A DNA stretch of 64,000 bases, taken from Rhodospirillaceae bacterium UBA6219 (GTDB taxonomy: Bacteria > Pseudomonadota > Alphaproteobacteria > Rhodospirillales > Magnetospirillaceae). Below are positions 28,153 through 36,243 of the stretch, piece by piece; within the stretch, counting starts at the first letter, position 1; each line of letters opens with the position of its first letter. Position numbers and translations under genes: made by a program. The stretch lies in assembly GCA_002435715.1 (NCBI GenBank), contig DISD01000050.1, positions 38,850 through 102,849 of the forward strand, given 5' to 3'. Below the pieces are notes generated by a model. The model worked only from the letters and a program-made list of their open reading frames with translations. It did not search any database and had not been told where the DNA came from.

Positions 28153-29415
28153 TTAACGGCCCACCAGCACGGCGTCGACGCGGTCGGCGGGACCACGGCC
28201 ATCCAATTTGTTACCCAAGGCGCGCACTTCGATGCGGGTCGAGCGGATGCCCTTGTCCATCAGCACCTTGCGCACTTCCAGGGCGCGCGACAGCGACAGG
28301 CGCCGAGCCTTGGACGACGACGCTTCGTCCCCCGAGGCATAGGCCAGCAATTGCAGGTTCAGGTCTTCGTCCTTCTGCATGCGCTTGACCAGGGCGGCCA
28401 ATTCCGAACGGCCGGAATCCGACAACTTGGATTCGTCGGCGGCGAACAGCAACGACAAGGTGTCGGCCCCCCGCGACACCGCCGGGGTCTCGGCCGACGG
28501 CAACGAGGCGACTTGCTGCGGCATCACCGGGATCGGCGGCGGCACCGGAGCCAGCAACGGCTGCGGCGCGGCGGCGATGGCGGCGGGGGCCGGCACGGCC
28601 AGCGGCTTGGGCGGCTCGATGGCGGCGGCGGCGCTGCTCTTGGCCGCGTCGACCGTCTTGGCGGCTTCCGCCTTGACGGCTTCGGTGATCTTGGTCGGTT
28701 CGGGCACCTTGACCGGCTCGGGGGTCTTCACCGCCTCGGCGACCTTGGCGGGGGCAGCCTTGATCGCTTCGGGCACCTTGGCCATTTCGACCGGCTTGCT
28801 GACCGCGCTCGGCTTGGTTTCCGGCAGGGCGATTTCCGGTCCCTTGGGGGCGGGAACGGTTTCCGCCACCGGGGGCTTGGCCGGGGCGGCGGGCTTGGCG
28901 GCAGAGGCAGCGACCTTGGCCGGAGCTTCCGGCTTGGCCACTTGGGCGGCCTTGCGTTCCTGCACCATGGCGGCGATGTCGGCCGGTTCCTCACGCGGGG
29001 GCTGCGGCTTGGCGGCAACGGCGGGCTTGCTCGGGGCGGCGGGCTGGGAAGCGGCAACCTTGGTCGGCGCAACCTTCTTGGCCTGGGCCTGGGCCTTGGC
29101 CGGCTTGGCGGCAGGAGTCTTGCCCTTACCCGGCTTGTAGGGCTTGAAGGCCAAGCCGGAACCGGTCGAGGGCTGAGCCCGCTGCTGGACACCCGGCTGC
29201 GTCAACGGCGCGGGGCCGTTCCCGCCGTGCAGATCGTTCTTCAACATGTCGGCCAAGCTGGGTTGACGGCCAAGGCTGTCAAGGACAGACCAGTTGACCA
29301 CCACGTCGGGCTGTCCCTCCCCACCGATCACCACCTGCGCCTGGACCGAAGCCATTGGCGCCACGGCCCCCAGAAGCGCCGCAAGCGCCACAATTCGCCA
29401 AGTCGCCTTTGCCAT
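28153..29415 (-). CDS. Secreted Pro/Ala/Lys-rich protein with a C-terminal OmpA-like domain
   Basis: 420 aa. Signal peptide MAKATWRIVALAALLGAVAPMASVQAQ. A low-complexity region of about 230 aa (AKPAAPAKPP type) follows. The C-terminus has an OmpA_C-like pattern LSLSRALEVRKVLMDKGI. Confidence 0.72.
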   Translation of the reverse strand: MAKATWRIVALAALLGAVAPMASVQAQVVIGGEGQPDVVVNWSVLDSLGRQPSLADMLKNDLHGGNGPAPLTQPGVQQRAQPSTGSGLAFKPYKPGKGKTPAAKPAKAQAQAKKVAPTKVAASQPAAPSKPAVAAKPQPPREEPADIAAMVQERKAAQVAKPEAPAKVAASAAKPAAPAKPPVAETVPAPKGPEIALPETKPSAVSKPVEMAKVPEAIKAAPAKVAEAVKTPEPVKVPEPTKITEAVKAEAAKTVDAAKSSAAAAIEPPKPLAVPAPAAIAAAPQPLLAPVPPPIPVMPQQVASLPSAETPAVSRGADTLSLLFAADESKLSDSGRSELAALVKRMQKDEDLNLQLLAYASGDEASSSKARRLSLSRALEVRKVLMDKGIRSTRIEVRALGNKLDGRGPADRVDAVLVGR

Positions 29416-29563
29416 GGACTCGCACCCTCTGCTGTGCCCTTACATAGATGCGGCACAGACTAACCCATAGGGAGTCGCGGTACAACACCGTGATGACAAA
29501 ATCGCAACACGGGTCGGCTAGCCAGTATTATTTAAAGAAATGGTTAACTCTTAAGTATCCGAA

Positions 29564-30361
29564 TTAACCACGCGCCTCGCGCAGCATGGACAGAAGTTTG
29601 GGATGGATCTTGTCGTTGCCGGCAACCACGTCACCACTGTCCAGCATGGTGGAACGACCGGTGAAATCCGACACGTAGCCGCCCGCTTCCTTGACCAGCA
29701 CGATACCGGCGGCGATGTCCCAGGGCTTCAGACCCGATTCCCAGAAGCCTTCGCAGCGGCCGGCGGCCACATAGGCCATATCCAGGGAAGCGGAGCCGAA
29801 ACGGCGGATGCCGGCGGTCTGCTCCATGGCGGCGGTCAGTTCCTTGATGAACGACTTCTGACCCGGACGGCCGCGATGGGGAATGCCGGTGGCCAACACC
29901 GATTCGTGCAGGTCGCGCCGCGCCGACACCCGCAGACGCCATTCGTTCAAGAAGGCGCCGGCGCCCTTTTCACCATGAAACATGGAATCGGAAATCGGCT
30001 CGTAAATCACCCCGGCGATGATTTCACCGTCACGTTCCAGGCCGATGGACACGGCAAAATGCGGAATGCCGTGGATGAAGTTGGTGGTGCCGTCGATGGG
30101 ATCGATGATCCAGCGATGGCTCTTGTCCTCGCCGGTGACCTCGCCGCCTTCTTCCAGCAGGAAACCGAAAGCCGGCCGCGCCTTGGACAGGTCCTGGCGC
30201 AGGGTCTTTTCCGCCTTGATGTCAGCAGAGGAGACGAAATCCGAGGTGCCCTTCATGGAAACCTGCAGCTTTTCGACCTCGCCGAAATCGCGCACCATTC
30301 CACGGCCGGCCTTGCGGGCGGCGTTCATCATGACATTAAGAATGGGGGAACGGACGATCAC
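29564..30361 (-). CDS. suhB: Inositol monophosphatase family protein
   Basis: IMPase motif WIIDPIDGTTNF. The proposed GTG start at 30361 gives MIVRSPILNVMMNAARKAG, typical of SuhB N-termini. The track ORF extends to 30427. Confidence 0.85.
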   Translation of the reverse strand: MIVRSPILNVMMNAARKAGRGMVRDFGEVEKLQVSMKGTSDFVSSADIKAEKTLRQDLSKARPAFGFLLEEGGEVTGEDKSHRWIIDPIDGTTNFIHGIPHFAVSIGLERDGEIIAGVIYEPISDSMFHGEKGAGAFLNEWRLRVSARRDLHESVLATGIPHRGRPGQKSFIKELTAAMEQTAGIRRFGSASLDMAYVAAGRCEGFWESGLKPWDIAAGIVLVKEAGGYVSDFTGRSTMLDSGDVVAGNDKIHPKLLSMLREARG

Positions 30362-30380
30362 GGCGGGAACTCCCAGGATG

Positions 30381-30421
30381 ACAAAAACAAGACACCGCTC
30401 CCCGGTATAAACCAGGGAGCG
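30381..30421 (-). terminator. Rho-independent terminator of efp
   Basis: On the minus strand: stem CGCTCCC (12-nt loop) GGGAGCG followed by gtgtcttgtttttgt. Starts 22 nt after the efp stop. Confidence 0.6.
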
Positions 30422-30442
30422 GCGCAAGTACCAGAACTGCCT

Positions 30443-31006
30443 TTACTTGGCGCGTTCGACGTAGGTGCAGTCGCCGGTGTTGACGATGATCTTCTCACCC
30501 TCGGCGATGAACGGCGGCACCAGGATCTTCAGGCCGTTTTCCAGCTTGGCCGGCTTGTACGAAGACGAAGCGGTCTGGCCCTTGACCACCGGATCGGCTT
30601 CCACCACGGTCATGGTGACCTTTTCCGGCAGGCTGACCGAAACCGGCGAGCCTTCGATGAAGTCGACGGCGACCTGCATGCCGTCCTGCAGGAAGGCGGC
30701 GGCGTCACCCAGGATGTCGGTGGACAGGTTGAACTGTTCGAAGTTTTCCTGGTCCATGAAGGTCAACGCTTCACCGTCGGCGAACAGGAAGGTGCAGTCC
30801 TTTTCCTCGACGTTGCACTTTTCCACGGTGTCGGCGGTGCGCCAACGTTCGTTGGTCTTGGTGCCGGTGCGGATGTCGCGCATTTCCACGGTGATGAAGG
30901 CGCCGCCCTTGCCCGGCTGGACGATGGCGGTCTTCAGCACGGCCCACTGGCGGCTGTTGTGTTCGATAATGTTGCCGACGCGGATCAGGTTGGCGTTGAT
31001 TTTCAT
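30443..31006 (-). CDS. efp: Translation elongation factor P
   Basis: 187 aa from the ATG at 31006 (MKINANLIRVGN...). The modification loop VQPGKGGAF has the Lys expected for beta-lysylation. Confidence 0.95.
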   Translation of the reverse strand: MKINANLIRVGNIIEHNSRQWAVLKTAIVQPGKGGAFITVEMRDIRTGTKTNERWRTADTVEKCNVEEKDCTFLFADGEALTFMDQENFEQFNLSTDILGDAAAFLQDGMQVAVDFIEGSPVSVSLPEKVTMTVVEADPVVKGQTASSSYKPAKLENGLKILVPPFIAEGEKIIVNTGDCTYVERAK

Positions 31007-31082
31007 GGAGCAATCCAAAGGTCTGACGTCAAAATTGGCGCGGAACCTAGCAGGTTGCCCAACGGATGGCAACCTTGGCGCC

Positions 31083-31931
31083 TTATTTTCTGGCTCCGCC
31101 CCGTTGCGTCAGCCAAACCGAGGTCAAAACCAACCCCACCCCCGCCCATTGCCAAGCCCCCAAGCCCTGGCGGGCCACCATCCAGCCCAACAAAGTGGCG
31201 GAAACCGGCGACAGCAATCCCAAGGCCGAGACGGTGGCCGGCGGCAACAGGGTCAAGCCGCGGAACCACAGCACATAGGCGATTCCGGCCCCCACCAATC
31301 CCAAATAAGCATAGGCCCCCACCTGCAACAGCGACAAGGACGGCAGAGCCGGTTCGAACAACAGGGCCGCCGGGGCCAGCAGCATACCACCGGCCAGCAA
31401 TTGCCACGAGGTGAAGACCAGCATGGAGACCGGTGGCCGCCAGCGCAGGGTCAAGGCCATGCCCAGGGCCATGCAGGCGGCACCGCCCAAGGCAGCGGCC
31501 ACGCCCAGACCATCCAGGGCGGCTTGCGGCGTCAGCACCAAGGCGGCGACCCCCGCCACCCCCAGCAGCCCTGCCACCAACACCAGCATACGGGGCTTGA
31601 TCCCCACCAAAGGCCAGGCCAACAGCGCCACCAGCAACGGCTGGATCGCCCCCAAGGTGGCGGCCACCCCGCCCGGCAACCGATAGGCGGCCATGAACAA
31701 CGCCGCCTGGAACAGCGCGATGTTCAACGCCCCCAGCACCAGCGCCCGCCCCCACCACGCCCCCCGGGGCAGATGGCGGTGGCCCAGCAGCATCAGCACA
31801 CCCACCGGCAGCACCCGCAGACAGGCGGCGGTGATGGGACGGTCGGGGGGCAGGATGGTCGAGGTGACGATATAGGTGCTGCCCCAGACCAACGGCGCCA
31901 GGGCGGTGACCAGCATGTGGCGGAAGGCCAA
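31083..31931 (-). CDS. EamA/DMT-family transporter
   Basis: 282 aa with about 10 TM segments and a duplicated EamA pattern. Divergent from the MarR gene. Confidence 0.85.
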   Translation of the reverse strand: MAFRHMLVTALAPLVWGSTYIVTSTILPPDRPITAACLRVLPVGVLMLLGHRHLPRGAWWGRALVLGALNIALFQAALFMAAYRLPGGVAATLGAIQPLLVALLAWPLVGIKPRMLVLVAGLLGVAGVAALVLTPQAALDGLGVAAALGGAACMALGMALTLRWRPPVSMLVFTSWQLLAGGMLLAPAALLFEPALPSLSLLQVGAYAYLGLVGAGIAYVLWFRGLTLLPPATVSALGLLSPVSATLLGWMVARQGLGAWQWAGVGLVLTSVWLTQRGGARK

Positions 31932-31949
31932 TTTCTTGATCCTTTGGAA

Positions 31950-31969
31950 ATATCTTGATGTCGAGATAT
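31950..31969. promoter_or_regulatory. Candidate MarR operator, copy 1
   Basis: atatcttgatgtcgagatat has palindromic arms ATATCT and AGATAT. Lies in the EamA/MarR divergent intergenic region. Confidence 0.5.
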
Positions 31970-31987
31970 CATCACATGGCGACGAAC

Positions 31988-32005
31988 TATCTTGATGTCA
32001 AGATA
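31988..32005. promoter_or_regulatory. Candidate MarR operator, copy 2
   Basis: tatcttgatgtcaagata is an 18-bp palindrome with 8-bp perfect arms TATCTTGA and TCAAGATA. It lies 38 nt from copy 1. Confidence 0.55.
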
Positions 32006-32020
32006 TATGGCGGAAAGCGT

Positions 32021-32512
32021 ATGAACAAAGACAAGCTGGATTTGATCTTGGAGCAATGGGCGGCGGAAAAGCCCGGCCTGGATTGCGCCCCCATGGCGGT
32101 GATCGGCCGGGCCTTGCGGTTGGCCGCGCATCTGGATCGGGAACTGACCAAGGTTTTCGCCGGCCTGGGCCTGCCGCCCGGCGGCTTCGACGTACTGGCC
32201 ACCTTGTTGCGCGCCGGCCCCCCCTATCAATTGTCCCCCAATGACCTGCTGCGCTGGATGCTGGTCACCTCGGGGACCATGACCCATCGCCTGGACCAGT
32301 TGGAAAAAGCCGGCTGGGTGGAACGCCGCCCCAATCCGGCCGACGGGCGTGGCGTCTTGGTGGCGTTGACCGAAGCGGGCAAAACCCTGGCCGACAAGGC
32401 CCTGGCCGCCCATTTGGACAATGAAAGGAAGCTGCTGAGCGGACTTACTGCAGTGCAGCAAGAACAATTGACGGATTTATTACGCATTTGGCTGCGCAAT
32501 TTCGAAGCGTGA
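32021..32512 (+). CDS. MarR-family transcriptional regulator
   Basis: 163 aa from the ATG at 32021. Winged-helix region LSPNDLLRWMLVTSGTMTHRLDQLEKAGWVERRPNPADGRGVLV. Confidence 0.88.
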   Translation: MNKDKLDLILEQWAAEKPGLDCAPMAVIGRALRLAAHLDRELTKVFAGLGLPPGGFDVLATLLRAGPPYQLSPNDLLRWMLVTSGTMTHRLDQLEKAGWVERRPNPADGRGVLVALTEAGKTLADKALAAHLDNERKLLSGLTAVQQEQLTDLLRIWLRNFEA

Positions 32513-32593
32513 AGTCATAATTTCTTTAAGGACAATACCCATCCAAAAAGCGTAGAGTGACAAAAATCAATCTTCTCGGGGGAGGAGAGCGTC

Positions 32594-33058
32594 ATGCGGC
32601 TTTATCTGGACGTGGATGGAACCTTGTTGCGGCGCTCGGGCCATGCCCGGTTGCGGGGCGATTTCGCCCCTGCCAACAATTTGCTGCGCTTCCTGGAGTG
32701 GGCCGCCGACAATTTCGAGTGCGCCTGGGTGACCACCCGGACCCGTCACGGCGATTGCGACAAATTGCTGGCCGTGCTGCGTCAGGCCGTCGGCCCCGGC
32801 GACGAATGGGACCGCATGGCCCAATTGGTGAAATCCTTCGCCACGCCCTCTTGGTTCGACTTCAAGGCCGAAGCCATGCAATTGGAAGAAGACTTTCTGT
32901 GGGTGGACGATGCCCCGGACGAGGAATCCTTGGAAGCCATGCGCCGCATGGGACGTCATGGTTGCTGGATTCCGGTGGACGTGGATGACCGCCCCGACGA
33001 TTTGCGCCGGGTGATGGAAGTGATCGAAGCCCGCCTGCAACCCCTGGCGGCGGAATAA
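32594..33058 (+). CDS. Small HAD-like hydrolase-fold protein, unknown function
   Basis: 154 aa with a strong RBS (gggggaggagag). HAD motif I appears as LDVDGTLL and a DD-type motif as FLWVDDAPDE. No cap domain is recognisable. Confidence 0.5.
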   Translation: MRLYLDVDGTLLRRSGHARLRGDFAPANNLLRFLEWAADNFECAWVTTRTRHGDCDKLLAVLRQAVGPGDEWDRMAQLVKSFATPSWFDFKAEAMQLEEDFLWVDDAPDEESLEAMRRMGRHGCWIPVDVDDRPDDLRRVMEVIEARLQPLAAE

Positions 33059-33061
33059 GCT

Positions 33062-34129
33062 TCACCCGGGATAGGGATGGGCCCGGCCGCGCCAATCGGT
33101 GATTTCGCCGCGTTCTTCGTCCCACCAATCAGGCCCCACCGGCACTTTGCCGGCACCGCCGGGAATATCCAGCACATAGGTGGGCTGGGCGATCCCGGTC
33201 AACCGCCCGCGAAGCGCGCGCATGATGGCTTGGCCCTGGGCGATGCTGGGGCGGAAATGGCTGGTGCCACGGGTCAGATCGGGGTGGTGCAGGTAATAAG
33301 GCCGCACCCGGTTACGGATCAGCGCCCGGAACAAGTCTTCCAACACCAAGGGATCGTCGTTGACCCCCTTCAGCAGCACACTTTGCGACACCAGCGGCAC
33401 GCCGGCATCGGCCAGACGCTTCAACGCCGCGCGGGCGGCGGGCTGCAATTCGCGGGGATGGTTCACATGGACCGACACCCACACCGCCAGAGTGTCGGTG
33501 GAGCGAAGAGCATTGGCCATGGCCATGGTGACGCGGTCTGGGTCGGCCACCGGCACCCGGGAATGGAAGCGCAAGACCTCGATATGGGGCAATTGCGCCA
33601 CCCGAGCCACCAGGTCGGCCAGCCGGGTGGCGTTCAACATCAATGGATCGCCGCCGGTGACGATGATTTCGCGCAATTCCGGCCGCCCGGACAAATAGGC
33701 GAAGGCGTCGTCCAGTTCGGCGGCACTCAGCGTGCCGTCGGCATCGCCCACCGATTCGCGCCGAAAACAAAAACGGCAATAGACCGGACAGACCAGGATG
33801 GGCTTCAGCAAGGCCCGGTCGGGATAACGATGCACCACCCCCTTGACCGGCGAAAAGGCGTCGTCGCCGATGGGGTCTGACCGTTCCTCGGCGGTGACCC
33901 GCAATTCGGCGGCGTCGGGGACGTATTGGCGGGCGATGGGATCGGCCGCATCGGTGGGGTCGATCAAACGCGCCACGCTGGGGGTGATGGACGTGACGTG
34001 CGAACGGGCCAGCAAATCCAGTTCGGCCCGCTGACTTTCCGCCACCAGACCGGCTTCGACCAATTCGTCCACCCGGCGCAGCGACCGCGTGATCCGCGCC
34101 ACCACACCTTTATCCGTGTTCATCCGCAT
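33062..34129 (-). CDS. epmB: EF-P beta-lysylation protein, lysine 2,3-aminomutase family (radical SAM)
   Basis: 355 aa. Radical-SAM CxxxCxxC motif in CPVYCRFCFRRE. KamA-family length and pattern. Divergent from epmA. Confidence 0.9.
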   Translation of the reverse strand: MRMNTDKGVVARITRSLRRVDELVEAGLVAESQRAELDLLARSHVTSITPSVARLIDPTDAADPIARQYVPDAAELRVTAEERSDPIGDDAFSPVKGVVHRYPDRALLKPILVCPVYCRFCFRRESVGDADGTLSAAELDDAFAYLSGRPELREIIVTGGDPLMLNATRLADLVARVAQLPHIEVLRFHSRVPVADPDRVTMAMANALRSTDTLAVWVSVHVNHPRELQPAARAALKRLADAGVPLVSQSVLLKGVNDDPLVLEDLFRALIRNRVRPYYLHHPDLTRGTSHFRPSIAQGQAIMRALRGRLTGIAQPTYVLDIPGGAGKVPVGPDWWDEERGEITDWRGRAHPYPG

Positions 34130-34180
34130 CCATCCGTGTCATGAAACAGAGCACAAATCTGGGCGTTCATAGAGGTTTTC

Positions 34181-35245
34181 ATGTCCCAAGGTAAAGAGCC
34201 CTGGCATCCGCAGGCGTTTTCCGCCCGCCTGCCCCATCTGCGTCGCCGGGCCCGGATCATCGCCGCCATTCGCCAATTCTTCGCCGCCCAGGACTTCGAC
34301 GAAGTGGAAACGCCTTGCCTGCAAATCTCGCCCGGTCTGGAACCGCATCTGTTGGCCTTCGCCACCGCCCTGCGTGATCCGTGGGGCGGCCCCGACAGCC
34401 CGCTTTACCTGCATACCAGCCCGGAATTCGCCATGAAGAAGCTGCTGGTGGCCGGCATGGAACGCATTTTCCAGATCGCCCACGTGTTCCGCAACGGCGA
34501 ACGGTCCCATACCCACAGCCCGGAATTCACCATGCTGGAATGGTACCGGGCCAGTGGCACCATCGGCCAGATGATGGACGACACCCAGGCCTTGGTCCGC
34601 GCCTGCGCCCAAGCGGCGGACGTCGCCCTGCTGCGCCATGGCGGGCTGACCTGCGATCCCTTCGCGCCGTGGCGCAAACTTTCCATCGCCGAAGCCTTCC
34701 AGGAATATTGCGGTTTCGACGTGTTGGCCACCGCCCCCGATCCGTGGGCGCCCGACACCGCCTTGTTGGCCGACCAAGCCCGGGCCATCGGCGTTTCGGT
34801 TTCCGACAACGACCGCTGGGACGACATCTTCTTCAAGATCGTCTTGGACCGCATCGAACCGCATCTGGGCATGGACGTCCCCACCATTCTTCATTCCTAT
34901 CCGGTCTCCATGGCGGCCCTGGCCCGGCCCAACAGCGCCGACCCGCGCGTCGCCGACCGCTTCGAGGCCTATGCCTGCGGTGTCGAACTGTGCAACGCCT
35001 TCGGCGAGTTGACCGACGCCGACGAACAGCAGCGGCGCTTCGAGGCCGACATGGATTTGAAACAGGCGCTTTACGGCGAACGTTATCCCGTCGATCCCGG
35101 CTTCATCGCCGCCCTGCGCCACGGCATGCCGGAAAGCGCCGGCAACGCCCTGGGGCTGGACCGGCTGATCATGTTGCTGTGCGGTGCCGACAGCATCGAC
35201 CAGGTGTTGTGGTTGCCGGTGGCAGGCAATCAATCCCCGCCTTGA
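34181..35245 (+). CDS. epmA: EF-P-(R)-beta-lysine ligase (truncated class II LysRS paralog)
   Basis: 354 aa. Class II aaRS motif 2 region FRNGERSHTHSPEFTMLEWY and C-terminal motif 3 GNALGLDRLIMLL. Confidence 0.9.
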   Translation: MSQGKEPWHPQAFSARLPHLRRRARIIAAIRQFFAAQDFDEVETPCLQISPGLEPHLLAFATALRDPWGGPDSPLYLHTSPEFAMKKLLVAGMERIFQIAHVFRNGERSHTHSPEFTMLEWYRASGTIGQMMDDTQALVRACAQAADVALLRHGGLTCDPFAPWRKLSIAEAFQEYCGFDVLATAPDPWAPDTALLADQARAIGVSVSDNDRWDDIFFKIVLDRIEPHLGMDVPTILHSYPVSMAALARPNSADPRVADRFEAYACGVELCNAFGELTDADEQQRRFEADMDLKQALYGERYPVDPGFIAALRHGMPESAGNALGLDRLIMLLCGADSIDQVLWLPVAGNQSPP

Positions 35246-35691
35246 CGGGACAACCGCCGCAGCATGACCCGCAAGCCCAGCATTCTTTCATCATCCGTGC
35301 CACAGGTGGCCTTCAGGTCGTTGTACCAAGTGGCGGCCTGCATGGCGACCGCCCGCGCCTCGGCCGGTTGACCAAGGCCACGCAACGCATCGACGATGCC
35401 GTCGACGATCTGGGTGAAGAAACCTTCGTCAAGTCCATCCCGGTCATTGGATTCCGGACCGTCGCCGCGCATGGCGCCTTTTCCGGTGATCAGCCAGTCG
35501 AGCGACACCCCAAGAACCTCTTTCAGACGTCCTAACATCTCCTGGTCCGGAAATGTGCGCCCGCGTTCGTAATTACCCAGCGTCTCCAACGGGCAACACA
35601 ACGCCCTGGCGATATCCGCACGGGAAGCCTTACCCCTGGCCTGAATCAGCCTTTGGGCGAATGGAGTCGAGGGCTTGAGGGTCCGGCCCAT
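35230..35691 (-). CDS. XRE-family HTH regulator with an unknown C-terminal domain
   Basis: 153 aa. HTH region FAQRLIQARGKASRADIARALCCPLETLGNYERG. The 3' end overlaps epmA by 16 nt (convergent). Confidence 0.75.
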   Translation of the reverse strand: MGRTLKPSTPFAQRLIQARGKASRADIARALCCPLETLGNYERGRTFPDQEMLGRLKEVLGVSLDWLITGKGAMRGDGPESNDRDGLDEGFFTQIVDGIVDALRGLGQPAEARAVAMQAATWYNDLKATCGTDDERMLGLRVMLRRLSRQGGD

Positions 35692-36155
35692 GCGAGAAGA
35701 CCGGGTACTAACAGCCGTCGGCCAGGATGGCCGGCATACTTTCAGCTAATTCAGCTGATAAAATATGCACATAGGTAATAATAGTAGATAATACGTCGGT
35801 GCCGGGCATCGACCCTTGCCTATCCGCCATTTTGGCGGTAATTTCACGTCTCATGATGGCACTCCCGGAGATTGGATCGCACGACGGGTTGTAGGACTTG
35901 GTAAAGGTGCAGTAGGAAATCCGTACGGCGAACGCATGGACTGTCACACGCGCTCCAAACGCCGCCTCCTTTACCTGACATGGGAAAAGGATTTACAAAG
36001 TTAAATGGGCCAGTCACCCGTCGCTCCTCCCCCCTTCGGAAGACGTTCTGGGCATTTGCAGCTTTGATTCCTTGATGGCAATTGCTTAACCGCTCAAACG
36101 CAACTCCCCTTCACAACCCGACAATCCGTGTATTTCCGCGCCCCTCAGAGGTGAA

Positions 36156-36180
36156 ATCCAGGATATTTGATCCAGGATAT
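36156..36180. promoter_or_regulatory. Tandem 11-bp direct repeat upstream of a kinase gene
   Basis: atccaggatat (36156-36166), ttg, atccaggatat (36170-36180). Lies 64 nt upstream of the ATG at 36244. Confidence 0.4.
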
Positions 36181-36243
36181 CATCGCCGTCAGCCATCATG
36201 AAGTGCTGTCAAGACAAGATGCCGACACTTCACGAGGTTCAGG

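Noticed and set aside
28560-29110. Repetitive GC-rich DNA that might be a tandem repeat or CRISPR-like array
   Set aside because: It is the coding sequence of the Pro/Ala/Lys low-complexity region of the OmpA-like protein. The repeats are irregular, with no constant repeat/spacer architecture.
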